From a virus, in IMG/VR virus record IMGVR_UViG_3300023179_000037, positions 32,001-96,000 of that record: 64,000 bases of DNA; one strand, written 5' to 3'. Position numbers and translations under genes: made by a program. Positions 47,302 to 56,992 of this stretch are shown in pieces. Within the stretch, counting starts at the first letter, position 1; each line of letters begins with the position of its first letter. A model generated the notes under the pieces. It worked only from the letters and a program-made list of their open reading frames with translations, ran no database searches and had not been told where the DNA came from.

Positions 47302-49548
47302 ATGCCAATAACATTAGATGGTACTGCGGGTATTACGACACCGGCGGTAACTAGTACCGGTACAACGTCTATAGCTAATGTAAATCTCAGTTCTACGACA
47401 ACAGCACCAGCAACAGGGATATATCTTCCAAGTTCTGGCACATTAGGATTCTCTACAGGCAGTACTCAAAGAACTACTATAAATTCTTCGGGTGTTTTAT
47501 CCCATTCAGGTAATGTAGCAATAGATACTAATGTATTGTTTGTAGATGGGGTATCTAATAGAGTTGGAATTGGTACAACTACTCCTGAGACAGTGTTTTC
47601 AATTAGTTCTGGTCAAGCATCTTTTCCAGCGGGATCAGTTTCAGCACCCTCCATCACCACGACAGGTGATACGAATACGGGTGTGTTCTTCCCCGCTGCG
47701 GATACGGCTGCTATTAGTACGGGTGGTAGCGAGCGGATGCGGGTTGATTCGTCGGGTAATGTTGGGATTGGGACGAGTTCACCCATATCAAACTTCCATG
47801 TGTCATCAACAAGGACTTCGGTATCGTGGGGCACACATTCCACGCCAATGCAACTTGTAGCATCTGTTGTTGTTGGTGATATTGGAACAGCTGGTGGCAG
47901 TTTTGCTGTTCGCACCGGCTCAATTAATAGTAATTTCAGCTCAGGTTTAGGAGTAGACGGATATTATTCTGGTGGCCCGGACTTCACATCGACAGTTAAC
48001 CTTAAAGCGTTTGGTCCGCAAACCAACGGATATTTTGGAGACATGGCATTCAGCACAACGTTCAATGATGGCATTAGAGAGCGTATGCGAATTCGCGGCA
48101 ACAGTAATAATGACTCTCAAATTTATCTAGGAAACGGCAAAACGCACTCCGGCGTAGTTACAAATGCCATTATAAATGGTACAGACGCAGTAACTACTGC
48201 TAATACATTTGGGTCCAATATTTCCATAGTTGGAGGAGCTTGTACAGGTTCTGCAGAAGGTGGAATGATAAAATTTTTTACTGGACTTAATTATGGTAAT
48301 ACCGCTGCCACTACTTGGACTGCTCAAAACGCAGTTTATGAAGTGATGCGAGTACGAAACTTCAGTGTTATAATTAATGGCGGCGGCCTTAGAAAGAAAG
48401 TAGACGAATCTACTGCAATAACTGAGGATGGCAATCGAAAAACATATGCAGCCGGTTTAATGGTGTCACCTCGGGCTAAAGATTATTTTGATATCGATTT
48501 AAATGGAGGTGGATATACTACAGGGGGCGGTCAAGCTAATGGGGGATATGGCTGGACCTATAGTAAACATCCCGGCTATGGGGCAGATGGTGTACCGCCT
48601 GGTATGTTTGCTGATGGTAGTCCCGGTGATCTAAATACAAGCGGAACCAGTGTTGGTTTAGTTTGCAGAGGAGGTTCGGCCGGTACTTATTCATCTGCTG
48701 CCGCAGGTTTGTATTGTGAGGCAGGAAATGCATTTGTACGAGGTGGCCAGGCGCCTGCTTCTGCTGTATTTAGAAGTTGGGATAATCCGACAATAATAGT
48801 TGATAGATTTTCAACTGATGGCACCATAATAGATATACGACAAGGTAACACAACTGAGGGTACTATTTCTGTATCTGGTACAACAGTTTCTTATAACGCT
48901 TTTATGGGATCACACTGGGCAACTCTGTCAGATTGGTCCAGACCAGATATTAAAGTCGGTACTATATTAGAATCTATTGGTTCTTTAGTAGAATATAAAG
49001 TAGCAGTTTTTGATGTCCCATTGAGAACCCCTATTAGAGATTCGGAAAATGATGAAATTAATGGTGTAGAAAATGCTCTTGATGAAAATGGTAATCAAAT
49101 ATTTTCTAAAATGAAAATTTGTTATAATGGCAATGAACCAACTGGGTCAATTGTTTCTATAGATTTTCATGATAATACATATAGTGCAGTTTTAGAACTT
49201 GAAAAAGATAAAGAATTCACCAAGGGCGTTCAAGTAAAAATTAGTGATACTGTAGGATCTAAAGCAGTTTATGGGGTATTTCATCAATGGAATAATGATA
49301 AATTATATGATGGTGGTATATGGAATGATATGCATGTTGCCGGTTTGGGTAACTATGTTATTCGAATGGCGGCAGATCAAAATCCACAAATTGGTGATCT
49401 AATTGAATCTAACGGCGATGGGTGTGGTAAAGTACAAGATAATGATAACGTAACATCAAAAACAGTAGCAAAAATAACTAGTAATCTAAAACAAGTAACT
49501 TATGAGGATGGTTCCTTTTTAGTCTCTTGTGTTTTATATTGCGGATAA
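47302..49548 (+). CDS. Tail fibre protein with C-terminal chaperone-like domain
   Basis: RVGIGTTTP and ERMRVDSSGNVGIG repeats; GSHW..GDLIESNGDG..VAK. Confidence 0.75.
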   Translation: MPITLDGTAGITTPAVTSTGTTSIANVNLSSTTTAPATGIYLPSSGTLGFSTGSTQRTTINSSGVLSHSGNVAIDTNVLFVDGVSNRVGIGTTTPETVFSISSGQASFPAGSVSAPSITTTGDTNTGVFFPAADTAAISTGGSERMRVDSSGNVGIGTSSPISNFHVSSTRTSVSWGTHSTPMQLVASVVVGDIGTAGGSFAVRTGSINSNFSSGLGVDGYYSGGPDFTSTVNLKAFGPQTNGYFGDMAFSTTFNDGIRERMRIRGNSNNDSQIYLGNGKTHSGVVTNAIINGTDAVTTANTFGSNISIVGGACTGSAEGGMIKFFTGLNYGNTAATTWTAQNAVYEVMRVRNFSVIINGGGLRKKVDESTAITEDGNRKTYAAGLMVSPRAKDYFDIDLNGGGYTTGGGQANGGYGWTYSKHPGYGADGVPPGMFADGSPGDLNTSGTSVGLVCRGGSAGTYSSAAAGLYCEAGNAFVRGGQAPASAVFRSWDNPTIIVDRFSTDGTIIDIRQGNTTEGTISVSGTTVSYNAFMGSHWATLSDWSRPDIKVGTILESIGSLVEYKVAVFDVPLRTPIRDSENDEINGVENALDENGNQIFSKMKICYNGNEPTGSIVSIDFHDNTYSAVLELEKDKEFTKGVQVKISDTVGSKAVYGVFHQWNNDKLYDGGIWNDMHVAGLGNYVIRMAADQNPQIGDLIESNGDGCGKVQDNDNVTSKTVAKITSNLKQVTYEDGSFLVSCVLYCG

Positions 49549-49556
49549 GGTAAAGA

Positions 49557-51758
49557 ATGAGTACAGTAAAAACAAATAATTTACAAATAGGGTTGTCATC
49601 GACAGCTTCTCAAAACTTCACGATTTATCAACCTACAGCACCGGATGGGACAGTTAGATTGGGTTTTGGTAATTCTGGTTCTGTTACTGATCTTATTAGA
49701 ATAGCAAATACAAGTATTACTGCTTTTGGTGGAGGTGCTGTTTCTACAAATACAGCATTCGGTGACCAAGCATTACTAAGTAATACGACTGGTGCAAACA
49801 ATACGGCTGTTGGTTATCAGGCTTTGGACGTTAATACGAGTGGCGCAAGTAACACCGCATTAGGGTCTGGCGCGTTGGGAGCCAACACCACCGGACAAGG
49901 CAATATCGCGGTTGGGTATCAGGCACTTTATACAAGAACAACAGGTTCAAGCAATATTGCGGTTGGCTGGAACGCCATGCGAAACGGAGATGGTAACGGT
50001 TATGACAATATAGCTATTGGCTCATACGATGTATCAACAAATTGGAACGGACCTTTACTGAGTGTATCCACAGGTAACTCAAATATTGGTATAGGTGGTG
50101 GTGCAATACAAACCTTAACCACTGGCTCAAACAATGTGGCTATAGGAAATAGAGCCGGTCTTCGTATAACAACGGCTAGTAACAATACTGCAATTGGGTA
50201 CCAAGCGCTTCAAGAAACTACCACTGGCACAGACAACGTTGCTGTTGGTTATCAGGCTTTGGATGCGAATACGACTGGATTTAACAATGCGGCAGTTGGG
50301 TCTGGAGCATTAGGAAACAACACTACTGGGTCGGAGAATACAGCATTTGGAACAACGGCTATGCGTGTTGCATCAACAGCAAGTTCTTGTGTTTCTGTTG
50401 GTCATGGGTCTCTTTATGCCTTAACTACAGGTAATTCAAATACGGCCTTGGGGTATGTATCTCTATATTCTAATACTACTGGAATTGAAAATACTGCTGT
50501 TGGTCGAAATGCAATAACATACAACGTCACCGGCTCCGCTAACGTAGCTGTTGGTCATAATGCGTTGTATGGTGTTTCAGGAAATTCACATTCAAACAAC
50601 ACCGCCATAGGCCACTCTGCCCTCTACGCCAATACCACTGGCGCAGGCAACGTCGCTGTTGGTTATCAATCCCTCTACACCAACAACATCGCCTCCAACA
50701 ACACTGCTGTTGGTTACCAATCCCTCTACTCCAATACCGCTGGCGCAAACAATGTGGCGGTCGGCGCTCTTTCGGGTTATGCCGTAGTTTCTACTGGCGG
50801 TGGATCTAACGGAGCCGCTAACGTATTGCTCGGTTACAAGGCGGGGTATGGCATCACCACTGGTTTCCGAAATGTTGCAATCGGTTCTCAAGACCCTGTG
50901 TACAGCGATCCGGCTCCAATGATGACAGGCCCAGTTACGGGCTATAGAAATGTCGCTATTGGGCCGCGTACGATGGTCAATTTAACTTCTGGCTATGACA
51001 ACGTCGCTATCGGTGATTATGCATTAAATGCCAACAACACAGGTACTGGCAATACTGCAATTGCTTCGTCTGCGCTCGGCGGAAACACCACTGGCTCAAA
51101 CAACACCGCTTTAGGATCATCAGCCCTCGCCGCCAGCACCACCGCCTCCTACAACACCGCTATAGGCTACATAGCCCTCAGCGCCGTCACCACTGGCTTT
51201 CAAAATACCGCTGTTGGCTATGGAGCGGGAAATACAATCACGACGGGGATAGTGAACACTTGCATTGGAAACGCTACCGCATCGGCTGCATCAGGTAGTT
51301 GGCAAATCGTTATTGGCAATCAGAGTGGTTCGCCAATAACAGGCAAAGGTGATAGCACTGGGTTTATCAACCCCAACGGCGGCGGCGTCTACCAAGGCAA
51401 TAACTCTTCATCGTGGTCTACAGCCTCAGATCGCAGACTCAAAAAGAACATCGTTGATAACAACGAAGGCTTAGACAAGATCAGCCAGATTCGTGTTCGC
51501 AACTTTGAATATCGCTTGCCTGAAGAAGTTGATGGTGGGTTGCAACCGACTGATGCGGTTAATAAAATAGGCGTTCAACTTGGCGTTATTGCTCAGGAAC
51601 TTCAAGAAGTCTGTTCTGACTGCGTGAAGGAAGAAACCACGGGCGTGTTATCCGTAGACTCCGACAACGTGTTCTGGCATATGCTTAACGCCATCAAGCA
51701 ACTCAATACCCGCTTACAAGCAGCCGAAGCTGAAATCGCAACCCTTAAAGGAGCTTAA
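49557..51758 (+). CDS. Tail fibre/spike with NTAVG repeats and S74 chaperone (paralog of 40729-42675)
   Basis: Same repeats; near-identical SDRRLKKNI domain. Confidence 0.85.
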   Translation: MSTVKTNNLQIGLSSTASQNFTIYQPTAPDGTVRLGFGNSGSVTDLIRIANTSITAFGGGAVSTNTAFGDQALLSNTTGANNTAVGYQALDVNTSGASNTALGSGALGANTTGQGNIAVGYQALYTRTTGSSNIAVGWNAMRNGDGNGYDNIAIGSYDVSTNWNGPLLSVSTGNSNIGIGGGAIQTLTTGSNNVAIGNRAGLRITTASNNTAIGYQALQETTTGTDNVAVGYQALDANTTGFNNAAVGSGALGNNTTGSENTAFGTTAMRVASTASSCVSVGHGSLYALTTGNSNTALGYVSLYSNTTGIENTAVGRNAITYNVTGSANVAVGHNALYGVSGNSHSNNTAIGHSALYANTTGAGNVAVGYQSLYTNNIASNNTAVGYQSLYSNTAGANNVAVGALSGYAVVSTGGGSNGAANVLLGYKAGYGITTGFRNVAIGSQDPVYSDPAPMMTGPVTGYRNVAIGPRTMVNLTSGYDNVAIGDYALNANNTGTGNTAIASSALGGNTTGSNNTALGSSALAASTTASYNTAIGYIALSAVTTGFQNTAVGYGAGNTITTGIVNTCIGNATASAASGSWQIVIGNQSGSPITGKGDSTGFINPNGGGVYQGNNSSSWSTASDRRLKKNIVDNNEGLDKISQIRVRNFEYRLPEEVDGGLQPTDAVNKIGVQLGVIAQELQEVCSDCVKEETTGVLSVDSDNVFWHMLNAIKQLNTRLQAAEAEIATLKGA

Positions 51759-51760
51759 AA

Positions 51761-52018
51761 ATGTCTGAAATTATTCCCACACAGGAAGAACTTGACCGTC
51801 ACTTCTCAGCAATGGGAGACTCGGTGAGTTTGATTGAAGGTTATGTCGCTGGTGAATACGGCAACCGAGTCATCGTCAAGAACGCTGAAAATCTAGCAAC
51901 CGTTGAGCGTAATGTCGGTCACTTGAAACTCATGCGTGATAAGCCTTGGTGGAATGGTTTTGACCTGACCGCTGTCAACAATGCTATCACCATCGGAGAT
52001 GAATACATAGCTAATTGA
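51761..52018 (+). CDS. Small tail-fibre-associated protein
   Basis: 85 aa, SD AGGAG; AMGDSV..RNVGHLKLM. Confidence 0.6.
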   Translation: MSEIIPTQEELDRHFSAMGDSVSLIEGYVAGEYGNRVIVKNAENLATVERNVGHLKLMRDKPWWNGFDLTAVNNAITIGDEYIAN

Positions 52019-52019
52019 T

Positions 52020-52889
52020 ATGAAACCTATAGGTGGATCTGAAATACTTTATTATAAACTATCTTCGTTATTAGATTTAAGTAAAGTAAATTTAATTTTA
52101 TCAGTTTGTTCCTGGAGAAATATTAGTAACACAAAACCTAATATTCTCTGGCAGCATCTTGATGTAAATCAACAAGCAGTAGAACAAATGCAAAATGAAG
52201 CATTTGTTGATTCTTTAGATGCTATTGTATTTGTATCACACTGGCAATATGAACAGTATAGAAAAAAATATAATATACCAGGTAAAAAGTGTTTTGTGAT
52301 AAAAAATGCTATTGATTCTATAGAAATACATTCAAAACCAAAAGATGTAAAATTAATATATACATCTATGCCTGATAGGGGTTTAGAACTACTTATAGAT
52401 GCATATGAATTATTGAAAAATAAAGTTGAAGTGGAAATATATTCTGGAACAAAGATATATGGGCAGCAATATCACGAAGCAACAAAAAATAAATATACTG
52501 CACTGTATAAAAGAATTAAAAAATTAAATTTACAACACTTTGATTATGCACCAAATGATAAAGTAATCGATGCGTTAAAAAGATCACATATTCTTGCATA
52601 CCCAAGTATATTTCAAGAAACAAGTTGTTTATCAGCAATTCAAGCATTAGCTGCCGGATGTACAGTAGTTACAACTAATTTTGGTGCATTACCGGAAACT
52701 TGCTGTGATTGGGCAACTTTTGTCCCATTAGATAATAGACAAGATTTTGTTAAAAGATTTGCTAGTACATTAGATGAAACTATTCTTGAATATAGATATA
52801 ATGAAGATCAGGTAAGATATTATAATAAATATTGGACTTGGAATACTCGAATAAAAGAATGGGAGAAGTTATTTGGAAAGTTATGCTAA
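52020..52889 (+). CDS. Glycosyltransferase, GT-B (GT4-like)
   Basis: GGSE, FVSHWQ, YTSMPDRGL, YPSIFQETSCLSAIQALAAG. Confidence 0.85.
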   Translation: MKPIGGSEILYYKLSSLLDLSKVNLILSVCSWRNISNTKPNILWQHLDVNQQAVEQMQNEAFVDSLDAIVFVSHWQYEQYRKKYNIPGKKCFVIKNAIDSIEIHSKPKDVKLIYTSMPDRGLELLIDAYELLKNKVEVEIYSGTKIYGQQYHEATKNKYTALYKRIKKLNLQHFDYAPNDKVIDALKRSHILAYPSIFQETSCLSAIQALAAGCTVVTTNFGALPETCCDWATFVPLDNRQDFVKRFASTLDETILEYRYNEDQVRYYNKYWTWNTRIKEWEKLFGKLC

Positions 52890-53490
52890 AAGATTTGGGA
52901 TTTTAAAATCTCAAGGTGTTGAAATTGAAGAAGTTTTAGATATTGGCGCATACAGAGGTGAATTTACAGATATAGTTAAAATATTTTGGCCAAACTGTAA
53001 TGTACAGCAATTCGAAGCAGATGAAAGACAAAAACCTTACATACCAAATGCTAAATTTGTTTTACTTGGTGACAAAGATAGAAAGGTAGATTTCTATACT
53101 TTAAGTGAAAAAAGTAATACCTCTGGTAGTTCTATTTTTTTAGAAAATACGAGTTACTACGATGAGCATTTAATAATCAAAAAGAAAATGACTACATTGG
53201 ATAAAGTAGTCAAAATGCAAGGTAATTGGTCAAAGGGTTTAATTAAAATTGATACTCAGGGTTCTGAATTATTAATTTTACAAGGCGCTAAAAAATTATT
53301 AGCAAACAAACCTAGATATATAATTTTAGAATGTTCGGTGCAAGAATATAATATCGAAGCACCACTAATTGATGAAGTAATAAAAACAATGCAAAGTTAT
53401 AATTATAGAATACATGATATTATGGAAATTGCATATAAAGAAACAGGTGAGTTATTACAAATGGATATATTATTTGAGGTATTGAAATGA
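52873..53490 (+). CDS. FkbM-family SAM methyltransferase
   Basis: LDIGAYRGEF, IKIDTQGSELLIL; TTG start with SD GGAG. Confidence 0.85.
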   Translation: MESYAKRFGILKSQGVEIEEVLDIGAYRGEFTDIVKIFWPNCNVQQFEADERQKPYIPNAKFVLLGDKDRKVDFYTLSEKSNTSGSSIFLENTSYYDEHLIIKKKMTTLDKVVKMQGNWSKGLIKIDTQGSELLILQGAKKLLANKPRYIILECSVQEYNIEAPLIDEVIKTMQSYNYRIHDIMEIAYKETGELLQMDILFEVLK

Positions 53491-54182
53491 GAAAAGTATT
53501 GATTGGTACTCCCGCACACGATGGTCGATTGGATGTTTGGTATGCTACTTCGGTAATTAATTCTGTTCGACTTGCACAGAATAAAGATATTTTTTTGCAT
53601 CCAGTCTTTATGTCTTATGATGCATTAGTACAAAGAGCAAGAAATGATTTATTTGGATTAGTAATTGACGGCAGTTATGATGATTTAATCTTTATAGATA
53701 GTGATATAGAATTTGATCCTCATTGGTTACTTGAATTATTAGACAGACCAGAAGATGTAGTTGGTGGTACATATAGAAAAAAGACTGATGATGAAGAATT
53801 GTATGTAGTAAAGACAAAAAATCTTAAAATGGAAAAAAATGGTTTAGTGAAAGTTGAGGGTTTAGGTATGGGTTTTGTAAAATTTTCTCACAAAGCGTGC
53901 AAAGCATTGTGGGATAATTCAACAGAATATAAAAATGAAGGTAAAGTGAGAAGAATGATTTGTGACATTGCGATAGTTAACGGAGAATTACATTCCGAGG
54001 ATACCAACGTTTTTAATAAACTGGTAGATTTAAATTTTGACATTTGGTTAGACCCCAAAATGACCTGTGTACACATGGGACCTAAGAAATTTTATGGAAA
54101 TTTTTTAGATTTCAGAAAAAGAATTGTAGATAAAGTTTCGGACAAGAGCAATATCTATAAAGTGGGAAAAAGACGTAAATAA
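53487..54182 (+). CDS. Glycosyltransferase, GT-A-like
   Basis: IGTPAH, RARN, FIDSDI (DxD), SED..F, H.G. Confidence 0.75.
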   Translation: MRKVLIGTPAHDGRLDVWYATSVINSVRLAQNKDIFLHPVFMSYDALVQRARNDLFGLVIDGSYDDLIFIDSDIEFDPHWLLELLDRPEDVVGGTYRKKTDDEELYVVKTKNLKMEKNGLVKVEGLGMGFVKFSHKACKALWDNSTEYKNEGKVRRMICDIAIVNGELHSEDTNVFNKLVDLNFDIWLDPKMTCVHMGPKKFYGNFLDFRKRIVDKVSDKSNIYKVGKRRK

Positions 54183-54206
54183 ATAATTTTTTATAAGGAA
54201 ATAATT

Positions 54207-54440
54207 ATGCAACCAATTAAATTAATGTTAACCGTTGAAGAAATCAATAGAATCTTTAATGCTATGGGACAAGTGCCTTATGCAAGTATTGCTGATCTTT
54301 TTGATAAAATTAGATCACAGGCATCTCCACAAATTGCAGCAATGCAGGCATTGGAAGAAGCTGAAGTAAAACAGGAACAATCTGCTGCGCCTAATGTTGC
54401 GCCAAAAAATGGTAAGTCTAAAAAGGAAACCGTGCAGTAA
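54207..54440 (+). CDS. Hypothetical protein
   Basis: 77 aa, SD AAGGA. Confidence 0.6.
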   Translation: MQPIKLMLTVEEINRIFNAMGQVPYASIADLFDKIRSQASPQIAAMQALEEAEVKQEQSAAPNVAPKNGKSKKETVQ

Positions 54441-55472
54441 ATGGCAAAACAAAAGTTATCAGAATTAGAAGTAACAAAAACAATAGGTCAAGATGATCTG
54501 TTGTATGTAGTGCAATCCAATACAAGTAAAGCAGTAAATGTAAAGGTGATTGCTTCTTCTTTAGTTACTGCTAATATTCGAGAACATTCAAGTAATTTAT
54601 ATTTTACCAACACTAGAGCCAGATCAGCTATAACAGTTACAGGTTCTGCTACATATGACACAGCAAATGGCATTATCTTTGTTACTGGAGTAGCGCAAAC
54701 TTATGTAGCTAATGTTAATGGGCAAAACGGTGAAGTTACTTTAACTACAGCAAATGTAAACGAATCTGATAACTTATACTATACGAATGCAAGAGTATTT
54801 GCTAATGTTTCTTCTTTACTTAATTTAAAGGCTAATGTTGGTGATTTGACTACAGCAAATGTAATAGAAAATAACAATTTATATTTTAATAATGCTAGAT
54901 CAATTCTTGCAAATATTCCAGCAACAAATCAAATTGTAGTTTCAACTCCAGTATTTAACTATAATTTTGATCAATATTCTGGCGACAATCCAACCATTTA
55001 TGTATCAGCAGGCGAAACAATATCTTTTGAATTGACGCAATCTAGCGCTCATCCTTTTGCAATTAGAGAATCTAACGGTGGTCCAAATTACAATACTGGA
55101 CTTACTCATATTGCACTTAATGGAACATTAAGTACAGGTTCTTCGGCTCAGGGGAAAACATCTGGTAAATTATTTTGGAAAATTCCTTTTAATCTAGCTG
55201 GAAATACCTATGTATATCAATGTACTGTTCATTCAAGTATGGTTGGCAGTATTGTAATACAAAAACCTTTAGCTACTTTAACTACTACAGATATAAGTGA
55301 AGGAAATAATTTTTACTTTTCTAATAACAGAGTAACACAATATTTCACTAATACTGCTCCAGTCTCTTCTAGTTCATCGGGTACAACTGGAGAAATAAGA
55401 TTCGATTCTGATTATATCTATGTTTGTGTTGCCTCTGGATCTTGGAAAAGAGCAAATCTAACGATTTGGTAA
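54441..55472 (+). CDS. Structural protein with cupredoxin-like domain
   Basis: NLYFTNxR repeats; HPF...YQCTVHSSM; C-terminal GEIRFDSDYIYVCV..WKR. Confidence 0.7.
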   Translation: MAKQKLSELEVTKTIGQDDLLYVVQSNTSKAVNVKVIASSLVTANIREHSSNLYFTNTRARSAITVTGSATYDTANGIIFVTGVAQTYVANVNGQNGEVTLTTANVNESDNLYYTNARVFANVSSLLNLKANVGDLTTANVIENNNLYFNNARSILANIPATNQIVVSTPVFNYNFDQYSGDNPTIYVSAGETISFELTQSSAHPFAIRESNGGPNYNTGLTHIALNGTLSTGSSAQGKTSGKLFWKIPFNLAGNTYVYQCTVHSSMVGSIVIQKPLATLTTTDISEGNNFYFSNNRVTQYFTNTAPVSSSSSGTTGEIRFDSDYIYVCVASGSWKRANLTIW

Positions 55473-55473
55473 T

Positions 55474-55863
55474 ATGAATTTTGAATTGACCGATGAAAAT
55501 TTTATTATGTACGCCATTAAATACTATGACAATCCTTATTGCAAAGGCATGGCAGAATTTTTAGATGATTTAAAAAGATTTAAATATCTTAAAAGATTAT
55601 TTAGAAAATATAGTGCTACTAATGATTTAAAGGAAAGATTAATTCTAAATCATCTAATAGTAATTTACAATTTATTTGGTGCAGAAGCAGCAACAAAAAT
55701 GTTATTCTTTAAGATTGAAAAGAAATACTGGTCACAGTTAAAGACCTTTTTAGTATTTCTCAATTATATGCCGTTAACCGTTATAGTATCTAAAGGTATT
55801 GAAGTATTAGAAAGTGATATACCTTTAGACGATAGAATTATAGAAATTTTAAGAAAGATATAA
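55474..55863 (+). CDS. Conserved T4-like hypothetical protein
   Basis: YDNP.C..EF.DDLKRFKY.KRL..ERLILNH motif. Confidence 0.7.
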   Translation: MNFELTDENFIMYAIKYYDNPYCKGMAEFLDDLKRFKYLKRLFRKYSATNDLKERLILNHLIVIYNLFGAEAATKMLFFKIEKKYWSQLKTFLVFLNYMPLTVIVSKGIEVLESDIPLDDRIIEILRKI

Positions 55864-56406
55864 ATGGGTAGATTTGTAGATTCAATGATTGCTTTAAGAA
55901 TTTTAACTCTTTTGGTTACACCTTTTGTACAAACACCTGCCTATAAACTTGGTATTATTGATAAAAACGGTAAAGAATTAAAAACAATGCAGCAGCTTAA
56001 TACTGCTGAAGAAAGAGATGCATATACTCTATTACATAGATTAGTTTATAGATTAAAACGTATTATTGAAAAGGTACCTATTGAAAACAAAAAATTGGTA
56101 TCTCTTGCGGCCGCATATGCGTTAATACGAGAATCATTACAACAAGAAAAAGAACCAATAGATTTAGAAAAGAAGTATTTAAATAAGTTAAATGAAAATC
56201 TTGTCCAAGAATTGGTTATTGTAGAAGATTTTTTACATAAAAATAAAATGTTTACTTTTAAACAATATTCTGAACAAGAAGGTGGTGAAGGTGCTGCAAC
56301 AGTGCCTACTAATAATATAGCTCAAGATACCCAAGCCATTGAAAAACCAGAGGGTTTTCCTATTTTCAAAAGAAGAAAAATTTTAAGGAGAAAACGATAT
56401 GTTTAA
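55864..56406 (+). CDS. Conserved T4-like hypothetical protein upstream of primase
   Basis: LVTPF..AYKLGIIDKNG..AYT.LHRLV. Confidence 0.7.
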   Translation: MGRFVDSMIALRILTLLVTPFVQTPAYKLGIIDKNGKELKTMQQLNTAEERDAYTLLHRLVYRLKRIIEKVPIENKKLVSLAAAYALIRESLQQEKEPIDLEKKYLNKLNENLVQELVIVEDFLHKNKMFTFKQYSEQEGGEGAATVPTNNIAQDTQAIEKPEGFPIFKRRKILRRKRYV

Positions 56407-56635
56407 TTGGTTAAGAAATCTTTTTATTGGTGAAAAAGTTGCAGTACAAAAAAATGAGATTATTGAACAAAAAACTGAGGTTGTCATACCAGAAGTAAAA
56501 GAAGAAGTAGAGAAAATTGTTACTGATACTTTAGATGCCAATAAGAATGAAAAAGTAGATTCGCAAGAGGTGAAACTTGCTACTTCTAAAGTAAAAGAAA
56601 AAATAAAAACCAAGGTTAAAAATAAAAAAAAATAA
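56399..56635 (+). CDS. Hypothetical protein
   Basis: MFNWLRNLF amphipathic start, DANKNEKVD, Lys-rich end. Confidence 0.55.
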   Translation: MFNWLRNLFIGEKVAVQKNEIIEQKTEVVIPEVKEEVEKIVTDTLDANKNEKVDSQEVKLATSKVKEKIKTKVKNKKK

Positions 56636-56941
56636 ATGGCGACATCACAATCGAGAATTTCTGTGCTTGAAACCAAAGTAGAATCAATAAAAGAGGATAT
56701 CGTTGAAATTAAAGGCGATATCAAGAACGTCCAATCTAGAATAATTGAAGATAAAAAAGAATTAACTACTCAATTAGAAAAAATGTATAATGCTTCGTGT
56801 GAGCAGCATAGTCAATTGGCGAAAGAAATACGAGAATTGAAGCAGTTTAAAAATAAATGGATTTATATTTCTATGGGTGGACTTACAATGTTAGGTTGGA
56901 TAGTGGCTTATTATGATAAATTGGCATTATTTTTACATTAG
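56636..56941 (+). CDS. Coiled-coil protein with C-terminal TM segment
   Basis: RISVLETKV heptads; WIYISMGGLTMLGWIV. Confidence 0.6.
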   Translation: MATSQSRISVLETKVESIKEDIVEIKGDIKNVQSRIIEDKKELTTQLEKMYNASCEQHSQLAKEIRELKQFKNKWIYISMGGLTMLGWIVAYYDKLALFLH

Positions 56942-56943
56942 TA

Positions 56944-56972
56944 TTGATTCTATTTACTAGCTATAATATAAT
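56944..56972 (+). promoter_or_regulatory. sigma70 promoter for the primase operon
   Basis: TTGATT 56944-56949, 17 nt, TATAAT 56967-56972. Confidence 0.7.
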
Positions 56973-56992
56973 AGTCTAATACGAGGACTATT

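Noticed and set aside
28808-50891. Many short minus-strand or alternate-frame ORFs in the structural region
   Set aside because: Fully nested in long, well-supported plus-strand genes with no recognisable motifs.
42307-51683. Duplicated fibre C-termini as DGR template/variable repeats
   Set aside because: Differences are not adenine-specific, both copies are coding, and there is no reverse transcriptase in the window.
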